Source of the DNA: Mobula hypostoma
Lineage: Eukaryota
NCBI RefSeq assembly: GCF_963921235.1
Contig: NC_086097.1
Location: 180,794,001 to 180,858,000, forward strand
Length of the DNA: 64,000 bases
Reading direction: 5' to 3'
Shown here: in pieces, positions 25,791-38,561 of the stretch
Numbering within the stretch: the stretch's first letter is position 1
How the letters are laid out: every line of letters begins with the position of its first letter
The notes under the pieces: generated by a model
Seen by the model: the letters and a program-made list of their open reading frames with translations, nothing else
Told to the model about the DNA's origin: nothing
Database searches by the model: none
Program-made: the position numbers and the translations under genes

Positions 25791-28570
25791 AACTGTTTTA
25801 AAAACTTCCATCAATTTGTTTCTTTTTTGGCAGCAGTACAGTGCAAGACATAAAAATATACTCCAAGACACAATAAAGAATACAATAAATAGTACAGAAA
25901 AGGAATAGCAAGGTAGTGCTCATGAACCATTCAGAAATCTGCATCTGTGGAAAGAGAAACAATTAACATTTCAGGTCTGGAACATTTAGTCAGAACTGAC
26001 AAAAAGAGAAACAAGTAAATAAACCAAATGATCATAAGACCCTGTTGGGCATTAATTACACAAGTCTAGTTCATTAGTGAGACCAGCAGCAGAGGAGCTG
26101 ATAAGCCTGATTGCTCAGACCAGGCCCTCGTTCCACAGCCTTGCCTGTTTCAGTCACCTAGGGATGGAGGCACCAGAAGTGGTGTGAGGGAAAATAGAAG
26201 TGCAGCAAGCATGCTAGAATCCATGCTAAAGGCTAACCCCTGCAGGCTGGCTCACCCGTCAATATTGATCTCCACGTTTCACTCCCTGGAAAACAAGCAG
26301 GACTACCTTCGTCTGCAACTGACCCAGCACAAGATGAGAAACTGTTGCATGCTTATTCTTACAGAAGTATGACTCCAGGACAACATCTCAGACACAGCCA
26401 TCCAACTCGAAGGACCAACCTATTATCATGTGGATAGGAATGCCGTGCCCTCTGGTAAGACTCATGGAGGGGGTCTTTATACTTACATTAACAAATCAGA
26501 ATCAGGTTTAATATCAGAATCAAATTTAATATCAATGGCATATGTTGTGAAATTTGTTGAATTTATGGCAGCTGTACAGCTGAAACACATCATAAATAAA
26601 TATAGAGAGGAAACTCAGTTACATTAAGTACATATATATATATATAAAATAGTTAAAATAAGTGCAAAATAACAGAAATAAAAAAGTAGTGAGTTAGTGT
26701 CCATAGGTTCAATGTCCATTTAGAAATCAGATGGCAGAGAGGAAGAGCTATTCCTGAAATGCTGAGTGTGTGGCTTCAGGCTTCTGTACCCTCTTCCCAA
26801 TGGTATAACCATACTAGATCTAGTACTAGGTAATGAACCGGGTCAGGTCACAGATCTCTCAGTGGGTGAGCATCTGGGGGACAGTGACCACCACTCCCTG
26901 GCCTTTAGCATTATCATGGAAAAGGATAGAATCAGACAGGACAGGAAAATTTTTAGTTGGGGAAGGGCAAATTATGAGGCTATAAGGCTAGAACTTGTGG
27001 GTGTGAATTGGGATGATGTTTTTGCAGGGAAATGTACTATGGACATGTGTTCGATGTTTAGAGATCTCTTGCGGGATGTTAGGGATAAATTTGTCCCAGT
27101 GAGGAAGATAAAAAATGGTAGGGTGAAGGAACCATGGGTGACAAGTGAGGTGGAAAATCTAGTCAGGTGGAAGAAGGCAGCATACATGAGGTTTAGGAAG
27201 CAGGGATCAGATGGGTCTATTGAGGAATATAGGGAAGCAAGAAAGGAGCTTAAGAAGGGGCTGAGAAGAGCAAGAAGGGGGCATGAGAAGGCCTTGGCGA
27301 GTAGGGTAAAGGAAAACCCCAAGACATTCTTCAATTATGTGAAGAAAAAAGGATGACAGCAGTGAAGGTAGGACTGATTAGAGATAAAGGTGGGAAGACG
27401 TGCCTGGAGGCTATGGAAGTGAGCGAGGTCCTCAATGAATACTTCTCTTCGGTATTCACCAGTGAGAGGGAACTTGATGATGGTGAGGACAATATGAGTG
27501 AGGTTGATGTTCTGGAGCATATTGATATTAAGGGAGAGGAAGTGTTGGAGTTGTTAAAATACATTAGGATGGATAAGTCCCCAGGGCCTGACGGAATATT
27601 CCCCAGGCTGCTCCACAAGGCGAGGGAAGAGATTGCTGAGCCTCTGGCTAGGGTCTTTATGTCTTCGTTGTCCACAGGAATGGTACCAGAGGATTGGAGG
27701 GAGGCGAATGTTCAAAAAAGGTAGTAGGGATTGTCTGGGTAATTATAGACCAGTGAACCTTACGTCTGTGGTGGGAAAGCTGTTGGAAAAGATTCTTAGA
27801 GTTAGGATCTATGGGCATTTAGAGAATCATGGTCTGATCAGGGACAGTCAGCATGGCTTTGTGAAGGGCAGATCATGTCTAACAAGCCTGATAGAGTTCT
27901 TTGAAGAGGTGACCAGGCATATAGATGAGGGTAGTGCAGTGGATGTGATCTACATGGATTTCAGTAAGGCATTTGACAAAGTTCCACGCGGTAGGCCTAT
28001 TCAGAAAGTCAGAAGGCATGGGATCCAGGGAAGTTTGGCCAGGTGGATTCAGAGTTGGCTTGCCTGCGGAAGGCAGAGGGTCGTGGTGGAGGGAGTACAT
28101 TCAGATTGGAGGATTGTGACTAGTGGTGTCCCACAAGGATCTGTTCTGGGACCTCTTCATGATTTTTATTAACGACCCGGATGTAGGGGTAGAAGAGTGG
28201 GTTGGCAAGTTTGCAGACGACACAAAGGTTGGTGGTGTTGTAGATAGTGTAGAGGATTGTCAAAGATTGCAGAGGGACATTGATAGGATGCAGAAGTGGG
28301 CTGAGAAGTGGCAGATGGAGTTCAACCCAGAGAAGTGTGAGGTGGTATACTTTGGAAAGACAATCTCCAAGGCAGAGTACAAAGTAAATGGCAGGATACT
28401 TGGTAGTGTGGAGCAGCAGAGGGATCTGGGGGTACATGTCCACAGATCCCTGAAAGTTGCCTCATAGATGGATAGGGTAGTTAAGAAAGCTTATGGGGTG
28501 TTAGCTTTCATATGTCGAGGGAACGAATTTAAGAGTCGCGATGTAATGATGCAGCTCTATAAAACTCTGG

Positions 28571-29148
28571 CAACACTTCACTTGTGAGTCTGTTGGGGTC
28601 ATCTATTGCATCCGGTGCACCTGGTGCGGCCTCCTCTACATCGGTGAAACCCGACGCAGATTGGGGGACCACTTCGTTGAGCACCTCCACTCCGTCTGCC
28701 AAAACAGACAGGATCTCCCAGTAGCCACCCACTTCAACTCTGCTTCCCACTCCCATTCAGATATGTCCATACATGGCCTCCTCTACTGCCATGATGAGGC
28801 TAAACTCAGGTTGGAGGAGCAACACCTCATATACTGTCTAGGTAGTCTCCAGCCCCTTGGTATGAACATAGAATTCTCCAACTTCCAGTAATTCACTCCC
28901 TGCCTCCCTTCCCCCACCCCTTTATCTTTCCCCTTACTGGTTCTTCACCTGGAACCTACCAGCCTTCTCCTTCCCACCTTCCCCCCACCTTCTTTATAGG
29001 GCCTCTGCCCCTTCCCCCTACAGTCCTGATGAAGGGTTCCGGCCTGAAACGTCAACCGATCTTCTCCACTGATGCTGCCCAACCTGCTGAGTTCCTCCGG
29101 CATGTTGTGAGTGTTGCTTTGACCCTAGCATCTGCAGATTATTTTGTG
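28571..29148 (+). mobile_element. Penelope-like (Neptune-type) GIY-YIG and terminal-repeat insertion
   Basis: HFTCESVGVIYCIRCTWCGLLYIGETRRRLGDHFVEH...VATHFN...EQHLI...GMNIEF; 15-bp TSD tctataaaactctgg at 28556-28570 and 29149-29163. Confidence 0.92.
29021..29058 (+). ncRNA. Minimal type I hammerhead ribozyme motif (PLE family A)
   Basis: cagtc-CTGATGA(29026-29032)-a-gggttccggcct-GAAAC(29046-29050)-GTC. The stem I 3' strand is mutated here (aaccg) but reads gactg in the 18340-18370 copy. Confidence 0.65.
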
Positions 29149-29739
29149 TCTATAAAACTCTGGTTAGGCCACACTTGGAGTACTGTGTCCAGTTCTGGTC
29201 GCCTCACTACAGGAAGGATGTGGAAGCATTGGAAAGGGTACAGAGGAGATTTATCAGGATGCTGCCTGGTTTAGAGAGTATGCATTATGATCAGAGATTT
29301 AGGGAGCTTGGGCTTTGCTCTTTGGAGAGAAGGAGGATGGGAGGAGACATGATAGAGGTGTACAAGATAATAAGAGGAATAGATAGAGTGGATAGCCAGC
29401 GCTTCTTCCCCAGGGCACCACTGTTCAATACAAGAGGACATGGCTTTAAGGTAAGGGGTGGGAAGTTCAAGGGGGATTTTAGAGGAGGGTTTTTTACTCA
29501 GAGAGTGGTTAGTGCGTGGAATGCACTGCCTGAGTCAGTGGTGGAGCCAGATACACTAGTGAAGTTTAAGAGACTACTAGATAGGTATATGGAGGAATTT
29601 AAGGTGGGGGCTTATATGGGAGGCAGGGTTTGAGGGACAGCACAACATTGTGGGCTGAAGGGCCTGTACTGTGCTGTACTATTCTATGTTCTATGTAACA
29701 GTGTGAAGAGGGCATGTTCTGGGTGGCAAATGCTGCAAA

Positions 29740-30650
29740 ATATATTGTTTTGTGGCAGCAGTACTTTGAAATGCATTATTAAAAAAAACTACAAATTACA
29801 ATAGGAAATATATAAGTTATCGTATGTTATGTGCTTTACACCCTGGTTCGAAGAAACATTGTCTTATTTATATATATATTATATACAAATATGAGGTTAA
29901 ATGACAGTAAACTTCACTTGACTCATATGACTTGTTATCTATAAAAATTTAAATTAAGTAAGTAGTTCAAAAAGAAAACTTAAAAAAAGAAAAAAAATAG
30001 TGAGGTAGTGCACATGGGATCATTGTTCATTTAGAAATCTGATGGTGGTGGGGAAAAAGCATTTGAGTGTGTATCTTCAGGCTCCTGTGCCTCCTTCTTG
30101 ATGGTAGCAACGAGAAGAGTGCGTGTCCTGGGTGACTGGGGTTTTTAATGATGGATGCCAACTTTTTGAGGTATTGCTTTTTGAAGATGTCCTTGATTTT
30201 GGGGAGGGTAGTGCCCATGACGGAGCTAGCTGAGTTTATAACTTTCTGCAGCTTTTTGTGATCCTGTTCAGTGGACCCTCCATACCAGACAGTGATGCAA
30301 CCAGTTAGAATGCTCTCCATGGTACATCTGTAGAAATTTGCCAGCAGATTGTGTGAGTGACATATTGAGTCTCCTCAAACTCTTAACGAAATATAGTCGC
30401 TGCCTTGTCTTCTTTGTAATTGCATTAATATATTGGGCCCAGGATAGATCTTTAGAGATGTTGATACCCAGGAACTTGAAACTGCTCACCCACATGCCAC
30501 TACTGATCCCTTGATGAGGACTGGCGTGTGTTCCTTCAACTTCTCCTTCCTGAAGTCAGCAATCAATTCCTTGGACTTATTGATATTGAATGCAAGGTTG
30601 TTGTTGCAAAACAACTCACCAGCAAATTTATAGATGGTGTTTGAGCTGGA
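29740..30650 (-). mobile_element. Rex1/Babar 3' part
   Basis: SSFKFLGINISKDLSW and ESILTGCITVWYG. Confidence 0.8.
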
Positions 30651-30654
30651 GTTG

Positions 30655-30860
30655 AGTGTTTACAGGAAGAAGACTCACACGGACCAGTAGCTGAATTTCC
30701 AGTCAAATCATCCAAAGAAGACAATACTTGGTATTGTTAAAGGCATGGCACAAAGAGCAAATATCTTGTGCATAACTAGAGCTGCAAAGGAGGAAGAGTG
30801 TAGAAGATCAGAAAAGCATTCAGAAAAACGGCTACCCTATGCACATAATTGAGAAAGGAA
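30655..30860 (+). mobile_element. PLE reverse transcriptase thumb remnant
   Basis: SVYRKKTHTDQ*LNFQSNHP...NGYP. Confidence 0.65.
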
Positions 30861-31039
30861 GCAACACCACAAGAAAGACAACTTCCACATGGAACGGTTA
30901 TCGTACAGCTTAACTGAAAGGCTAAGACGAATTTGTCAAAAGTAAGTTGTCCAGTTAATAGCAAAAAGTGAGGACACAATTAAAAGAAGGCAAAACAAAG
31001 TGGCACCTAGAAAACCTAAAGAACTGTGTCAGGGAGTTG

Positions 31040-32320
31040 TGTACTCCATACCAATTTGCCTACCATTACAACAGGTCAACAGTAAGTGCCATTTCATTCA
31101 CTCTTCATTCAATCAAGGAACATCTGGATGGTGAAGATGCATACATCAGGATGCTCTTCATTGACTGCAGCTTGACATTCAATACTATCATCCCCTCAAA
31201 ACAAATCAATAAGCTTTAGTACCTTGGCTTCAGTACCTCTCTGCAACAGGATCCTCTATTTCCTCACTTGCAGACTCTTGTGAATTCGGTTTGACAACAA
31301 CACTTCCTCCATAATTTCCATCAGCACAGGTGCAATGCAGCTTCAGTGCCATATTTAAGTAGGCCAGAACAAAGGTCGTGATGAATCAGCATGTAGGAGG
31401 GAGGCTGAAAATCTGGCTGAGTGGTGCCACAATAACAACCTCTAACTCAGTGTCGGCAAGACCAAAGAGCTGATTATTGACTTCAGGAGGAGGAAACCAG
31501 AGGTCCATTAGCCAGTCCTCACCGTGAGATCAGAGGTGGAGAGGGTCTGCAAATTTCTGTGGTTATCATTTCAGAGGAACTCTCCTGGGACCAGCACTTA
31601 AGTGCCATTACAAAGAAAGCACAACAGTGCCTCTACTTTCTTAGAAGTTTGTGAAGATTCAGCATGTCATCTAAAACTTTGGCAAATTTTGACACTTTGG
31701 TGGAGAGTATGTTAACTGGTTGCATTGTGGCCTGGTATGGAAACACCAATACCTTTGTACCAAAAAGCCTACAAAAAGTAGTAGTTACAGACCAATCCAT
31801 CACAGGTAAAGCCCTCCTCACTATTGAACACATCTACATGTAGCACTGTTGCAGACTTGCCCATCCATCATCAAGGATTCCCATCAGCCAAGACATGCTC
31901 TCTTCCCACTGCTGCCATCAGGGAGGAGGTACAGGGTCTCAGGGCCTTCACCACCAAGTCCAGGAACAGTTATTACCCCTCAACCATCAGGCTCCAAAAA
32001 CTAGAAGGAATAACTTCACTCTACTTCATTTGCCCCATCACTAAACTGTTTCCGAAACCTATGGACTTTCTTTCAAGGACGTCCATAGTTCTCTGTTTAA
32101 TCCTTATTTGTTTATTATTATTTTTTCTCATTCTTTTTGTATTTGCACAGCTGGGTGTCTGTTGGTTTTTTGCACGTTGGTTGTTTGTCTGTTCCGCTAG
32201 GTGTGATCTTTCATTGATTCTATTGTGTTTCTTGTATTTACTGTGATTACCTGCAAAAGAAAGAATCTCCTGGTTGTATATGGTGACATATATTGTATGC
32301 ACTTTGATAATGCATTTACT
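31040..32320 (+). mobile_element. Rex1/Babar LINE fragment
   Basis: YQFAY and IRMLFIDCSLTFNTIIP motifs; 3'UTR. Confidence 0.8.
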
Positions 32321-32619
32321 CTGCATTTGGAACTCCTCCTTCCTCTTCTTCAGTTCCCCACTCTGGCCTTTCCTCCCATGGTCCATTCTCCTTTCCTATC
32401 AGATTCCTTCTGGTTCACAACTTTACCTTTTCCACCTATCACTTCCTGGCTCCTTACCTCATTCCCTCTCCCCCAGACACCTGGCTTCACCTATCACCTT
32501 CCAGCTGTACTCCTACCTCTGCCCCCACATTCGTTTTCTGGCATCTCCTCCCTTCCTTTCCAGTCCTGGTGAAAGGAATGGAGTCCAAAACATTGACTGT
32601 TTATTCCTCTCTTTGGAGA

Positions 32620-35600
32620 GAGCGTGCTGCTGCCTTCAATTTGGGGGATAAGGTAGCTCTCAGGTCAGCAAGAGCTGTGCTTTCCTGCACCATCAGGAAA
32701 GGAAAATGGGACTGCACACTGAAAATATACAGCCACTTCTGTGACACCAGGGACACACAATGCATGTGGCAGGACATTCAGTCCATAACGGACTATAAGA
32801 CCACCCTGAGCAACAATGACAGTGATGCTTCTCTTCATGTATCCTATATACATTTTGATGCACTAAATGACGTGATGGTGAGAAAGGCACCCCTTTTCTA
32901 CCCCGCCCCCCCCCCACCACCCCAAAGGAGCAGCCACTCTGTCTAGCCGTAGCTAGTCAACCCATGCAAAGCTGCAGGGCCTGACAATATACCTGGCTGA
33001 GTGCTCAGAGACTGTGCAACCCAGTTAGCAGATGTTCTAACGGACAACCTCAACATATAGAAACATAGAAAACCTACAGCACAATACAGGCCCTTCAATA
33101 CAATGTTGTGCCGAACATGTACTTATTTTAGAAATTACCTAGGGTTACCCATAGCCCTCTATTTTTCTAAGCTCCATGTACCCTGGTGTGAACATGGTCT
33201 GTATCGGATCTCAACACCTTGCTTTGTAGCTGTATCTTGATCTTCCTGATGGAGACCACAGGCAGTCCACATTGACAGCAACATCTCATCATGCTGAGCA
33301 CTGGCACCCCCAGGGTTGCATGCTCAGTCTGTTGCTATTCACACTGCTAACGCGCAACTGTACTGACATATCCAGTTCTAAGCATATCATTAAGTTTGGC
33401 CTAATCGATAACAAAAGTGAAACTGCATACTGGGAGGAGACAGTGCAGTCTGTGAATTGGTATAAGCACACCTGAGTCTCAATGTGGACCATAAGACATA
33501 GGAGCAGAATTAGGGCATTCAGTCCATGAATGTGCTTTGCAATTCCATCATGTCTGATTTATTATCCTTCTCAACCCCATTCTCCTGTCTTCTCCCTATA
33601 ACCTTTGATGCCCTGACTAAAGAAGAATCTATCAACCTTCACTTTAAATGTACCTAATGACTTGGCCTCCACAGCTGTTTGTGGCAATGAATTCCACAGA
33701 TTCACTACCTCTGGCTAAAGAAATTCCTCCTCATTTCTGTTCTAAATGCACATCCCTCTATTCTGAGCCTGTGCCCTCTAGTCCTAGACACCCCCACCAT
33801 AGGGAGAACACAACTACAGCTGTGAAGATCCCTGCTGCACCTGATGTCCCTGTGATCTCTGCCTCAGCAGCCAACGTTAGGCTGTCTTTAAAGAGAGTGA
33901 ACCCTCGCAAGGCGGAAGGTCCCAATGGATTACCTGGTAAGGCTCTAAAAACCTGTGCCAACCAACCAGCAGGAGTATTCAAAGGACATTTTCAACCTCT
34001 CACTGCTATGGGTGGAAGTTCCCACTCGCTTCAAAAAGGCAACAATTATACCAGTGCCTAAGAAGAATAATGTGAGCAGCCTTAATGACTATCGCCCCGT
34101 AGCATTCACATCTACAGTGATGAAATGCTTTGAGAGGTTGGTCATGACTAGACTGAGCTCCATAGGTCAACAGCAGACGCAATCTCAATGGCTGTCCACA
34201 TGGCTTTAGACCACCTGGACAACACAAACACCTATGTCAGGATGCTGTTCATCAACTATAGCTCAGCATTTAATACCATCATTCCCACAATCCTGATTGA
34301 GAAGTTGCAGAACCTGGGCCTCTGTACCTTCCCTCTGCAATTGGATCCTCGACTTCCTAACCAGAAGACCACAATCGTGCGGATTGATGTTAACACATCC
34401 TCTTTGCTGACAATCAATGCTGGTGCACCTCAGGGGTGAGTGCTTAGCCCACTGCTCTACTCTCTATATACACAGGACTGTGTGGCTAGGCATAGCTCAA
34501 ATACCATCCATAAATTTGCTGATGATATAACCATTGTTGGTAGAATCTCAGGTGGTGACAAGAGGGCATTCAGGAGTGAGATATGCCAACTAGTGGAGTG
34601 GTGCTGCAGCAACAACCTGGCACTCAATGTCAGCAAGACAAAAGAGCAGATTCTAGACTTCAGGAAGGGTAAGACGATGGAACACATACCAATCCTCATA
34701 GAGGGATCAGAAGTGGAGAGAGTGAGCAGTTTCAAATTCCTGGGTGTCAAGTTCTCTGAGGATCTAACCTGGTCCCAACATACCAATGTAGTTATAAAGA
34801 AGGCAAGACAGCAGCTATACTTCATTAGGAGCTTGAAGAGATTTGGCATGTCAACAAACTTCAAAAACTTCTATAGATGTACCGTGGAGAGCATTCTGAT
34901 AGACTGTCTGGTATGAGGGGAGGGCTACTGCACAGGACCGAAAGAAGCCACAGAGGGTTGTAAATCTAGTCAGTTCCATTTTGGGTACTAGCCTACAAAG
35001 TACCCGGGACATCTTTAGGGAGCAATGTCTCAGAAAGGCAGCATCCATTACCAAGGACCTCCAGCACCCAGGGCATGCTCTTTTCTTACTGTTACTCTCA
35101 TGTAGGAGGTACAGAAGCCTGAAGGCATACACTCAGTGATTCAGGACCAGCTTTTTCCCCTCTGCCATCTGATTCCTAATGGATAATGAACCCTTGGACA
35201 CCACCTCACTTTTAAATAAACAGTATTTCTGTTTTTTGCACATTTTTTAAATTGTTCAATATACATATATTGTAATTGATTACTTACTTATTATTATTAT
35301 TTTTATTTTATTTTTAAAAATTTTCTCTTCTATGTTATGTATTGCATTGTACTGCTGCCACTAAGTTCATGTCACATGCCAGTGATAATAAACCTGATTC
35401 TGATTCTGATTCATATTGTGATGATATTGCCTGGTCCATCTACTCCACCTCTTTAGCCAAGGGAGCACAGTAGTGCCTCCACTTTTTGAGGTCACTGAGG
35501 TAAGCAAGGCTCTCTCGCCTCCCAATTCTCACCGTATTTTACTTAAGCACCATCGAGAGTGTCCTGACCAGCAGCTTCACTGTCTGGTAAGGGAATTTCA

Positions 35601-36260
35601 ATGCATCAGATCACAAGACTGTGCAATGGATAATGAGGACTGCTGAAACAGTTATTGGGGTCTCTTTGATTCCCCCCCCCCCCCGTTAGGATGTCTATCA
35701 GAAGCACTGCATATTCAGTGCCTCCAGCATTTGTCAAAAACCCCTCCATTCTTCCCACAATCTCTTTGGCCTCCTGCTGTCAGGCAGAAGGTACTGCAGC
35801 ATAAAAATCAGAACTGTCAAGCTGGGGAACAGCTTCTTCCCCTAGGGTGTTAGACTTATTAACACTTTGCTGCCACCCAACACACATGTAAACTTTGAAT
35901 GTCCTGCTGCTACCTCCTATCCAGTCCCTAACTCACAGACACACTCTCATTCTGCGTAGGTCACTTCATTTTTTATTGCTGCTGGTTCACATATTTGTAA
36001 TGCTGCTTGTTTTGTTAAAATAGTGTATAATTGTTATTACAGTATACTGTCTTATGATATAAACATGCACATCACACGATGTCAACTTGTCAATCTTCAG
36101 ACCATGCCACTCAGGGGTTGTATGTGCTGGATTATAACTACATGTGCCATGTGTGACAAAATGTAGTGTGTTTTGCACCTTGGTCCTAGAGAAATAATAT
36201 CTTATTTAGCTATATACATGTGTATAGTTGAATGACAATAAATTTAAACTTGAAGTTAAG
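32620..36260 (+). mobile_element. Nested Rex1/Babar copies (younger copy at 33805-35410) with CR1 3' ends on - (33055-33180, 33490-33800)
   Basis: [35 protein letters not shown] and HKFADD; (ctgatt)n tail at 35394-35411. Confidence 0.82.
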
Positions 36261-36359
36261 TGTTAACTTTCCCTTTCCACAGATGTTGTATGACCTGTCG
36301 GTGTTTCCAGTATTTTCTGATTTTATTTCAAATTTGAACATACAACAGTACAACATGAC

Positions 36360-37033
36360 GGGAGGAGAAGATGGCGGTGCGACGCAGTGCACGCGGCCTC
36401 TCCGGTGAAATGATATCGTATTTGTTAAATAGGGGGCCGTGCACAATTCTGATTTGATGGAGACAGACGCGAGAAGCACGGAGGAAAATCTGGAGAAACT
36501 TCTGAAATGCCCGGTTCACTGCCGCTGCTACTATGCAATCGAGAATCTCCGCCGGGTAGGCCCCAAATCCTTGGCTTTGCCTGTTGCTGACGGCTGGGAC
36601 TGGGGTCGAAGCGCTCGGCAGAGATGGTGCTCGGTGCTCGGTGTTAGAGGGCTGGTCAGAGGCTCAAAGTTTTCGGACAACTCAGAGTCAGACTGTGGTC
36701 AGGTGCTTCCAGGATGCTGCATCGGCAAGTTTGCGGCGCTGAAAGGCTCATGGCAGGAAGAGTTTTCTTTCTTCTCCCGTCTGCGTGAGATCATGGGACT
36801 TTTGAGAGACTTTGAACTTTTTTTACCGTGCCCATGGCCTGTTCATCAAGTTACGGTATTGCTTGCACTGTTGTAACTATATGTTATAATTATGTGGTTT
36901 TTGTCAGTTTTTCAGTCTTGGTCTGTCTTGTGTTTCTGTGATATCACACCGGAGGAACGTTGTATCATTCCTTAATGCATGCATTACTAAATGACAATAA
37001 AAGAGGACTGCGTGTCCTCATAATCCATAATCT
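36360..37033 (+). mobile_element. Non-autonomous LINE-tailed element (CpG-rich head plus Rex1-like 3' tail)
   Basis: Starts gaagatggcgg and is CpG-rich; ends aatgacaataaa followed by hairpin gaggac-tgcgt-gtcctc and (ataatc) repeats; no RT sequence. Confidence 0.6.
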
Positions 37034-37039
37034 AACTAT

Positions 37040-37860
37040 ATACCAACACTTCGGTGCATGATGTTGTACCGATCATTTACACTCCTCCAAGCTCAATCTA
37101 ACTCTTTCTACCCACATAGCCCTCCATTTTACTTTCATAAAACCATAAGACATAGGAGTAGAATTAGGCCATTAGCACATTGAGTCTGCTCCACCATTCA
37201 ATCATGGCTGATTCTTTTTTCCCTTCCTCAACCCCATTTCTCGGCCTTCTCCCTGTAACCTTTGATGCCTTGTCCAATCAAGAACATAAATACACCCAAC
37301 GACCTGGCCTCCACAGCTGCCTGTGGTAACAAATTCAACAAATTCACCACCCTCTAGCTAAAGAAACTTCTCTGCATCTCTGTTTTAATTGGATGCCTCT
37401 CTATCCTGAAGCTGTGCCCTTTTGTTCTAGACTCCCCCGCCTTGGGAAACATCCTTTCCACATCTACTCTGTCTAGCCATTTCAGTATTCAAGAGGTTTC
37501 AATGAGATCCCACCTCATCCTTCTGAATTCCAGCGAGTACAGACCCAGAGCCATCAAACATTCCATGTAGGATAACCCTTTCATTCCCAGAATCATCCTT
37601 GTGAACTGCCTCTGGACTCTCTCTAATGTCAGCACATCTCTTCTTTGAAGAGAAGCTCAAAACTGTCTCTTAAATGTCCATAATGTATCTGCCTCTACCA
37701 TCACTCCAGGCAGCAAGTTCCAGGCACCTACTACTCTGTGTGAAAATAAACCTGCCTCTGACATCTCTCCTATACTTTCCTCTCAATATCTTAAAACTAT
37801 ACCCCCTTGTATTAGCCATTTCCACCCTGGAAAAAGTCTCTAGCTGTCACTTAATCTATG
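37040..37860 (-). mobile_element. CR1 3' ends
   Basis: ccataagacatagga tail; similar to 33490-33800 and 40243-40770. Confidence 0.75.
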
Positions 37861-38444
37861 TCTCAACATCTACAGTTTTTAAAAATTTTCAATCCCTCAT
37901 TGATTTCGCTTTGGCAGCTTCAGTGACCTGCTGAACTTTGCTGGCATTTAATTACAAGAACAAGAATGACAAGATATGGTATCTCACGCAAAGGACAATT
38001 AATTGTCGATGAGTCTTGGCGGAGGATTCAGCCCCAGGTATTAAGCAGGTGCTGACGACAGAACAGCCAAAACTGCAACACCTGCTGGGCAAAATTGCCA
38101 GGTCATAAAACTAGTTCATCCTTAATTACAGGAAACTTAATCATTTGTGTCGACAGATGTTTACAATTTCTGCCAAAAAAGCTTCTAAGCGATCAAGTGC
38201 CTCACCCTGTCAGTCAAATATCAGCATAAACCTGTAGGGATGGTGAACTCAATACAATTAGATTGGACCAGAGACTATCCTTACTTGTTACTTCTCCACC
38301 AACAAAGCCCCTTGTTTCACCTGTAATTTCATCTATCTTACATTTGGAAATCTTCCCAGACTTCTGTGTGTCATATTACATCAGTAGTTGATGGGAGTGT
38401 CACCTCATTCCTTCAGCTTATTGAGAAATAAAACTGGTTTATCC

Positions 38445-38561
38445 AATAAAATCTTCTCGGGCTTCCAACCGGATAAAGGTATCAACTTTACCTGACGTTT
38501 CGATGACAAACTCTACCATCTTCATCAGGGATGAAGCCTAGGCATGTCTAGTCCAATGGTA
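38445..38561 (-). mobile_element. PLE terminal repeat (family B), 3' half
   Basis: Homologous to 12693-12810 and 13632-13750. Its other half is at ~44000-44201. Confidence 0.8.
38490..38533 (-). ncRNA. Minimal type I hammerhead ribozyme motif (PLE family B)
   Basis: The - strand reads CTGATGA(38528-38522)-a-gatggtaga-g-tttgtcatc (stem II)-GAAAC(38501-38497)-GTC(38496-38494); stem I is weak. Confidence 0.65.

Larger units (their letters stand above)
26808..29695 (+). mobile_element. Young CR1 ORF2 (endonuclease end to 3' tail) inserted in a - strand Rex1 tail
   Basis: ILDLVL, LGDSDH, KSPGPDG and KFADDTK motifs; (ttctatg) tail. The flanks ~26494-26803 and 29696-29730 are contiguous Rex1 sequence. 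Confidence 0.92.
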
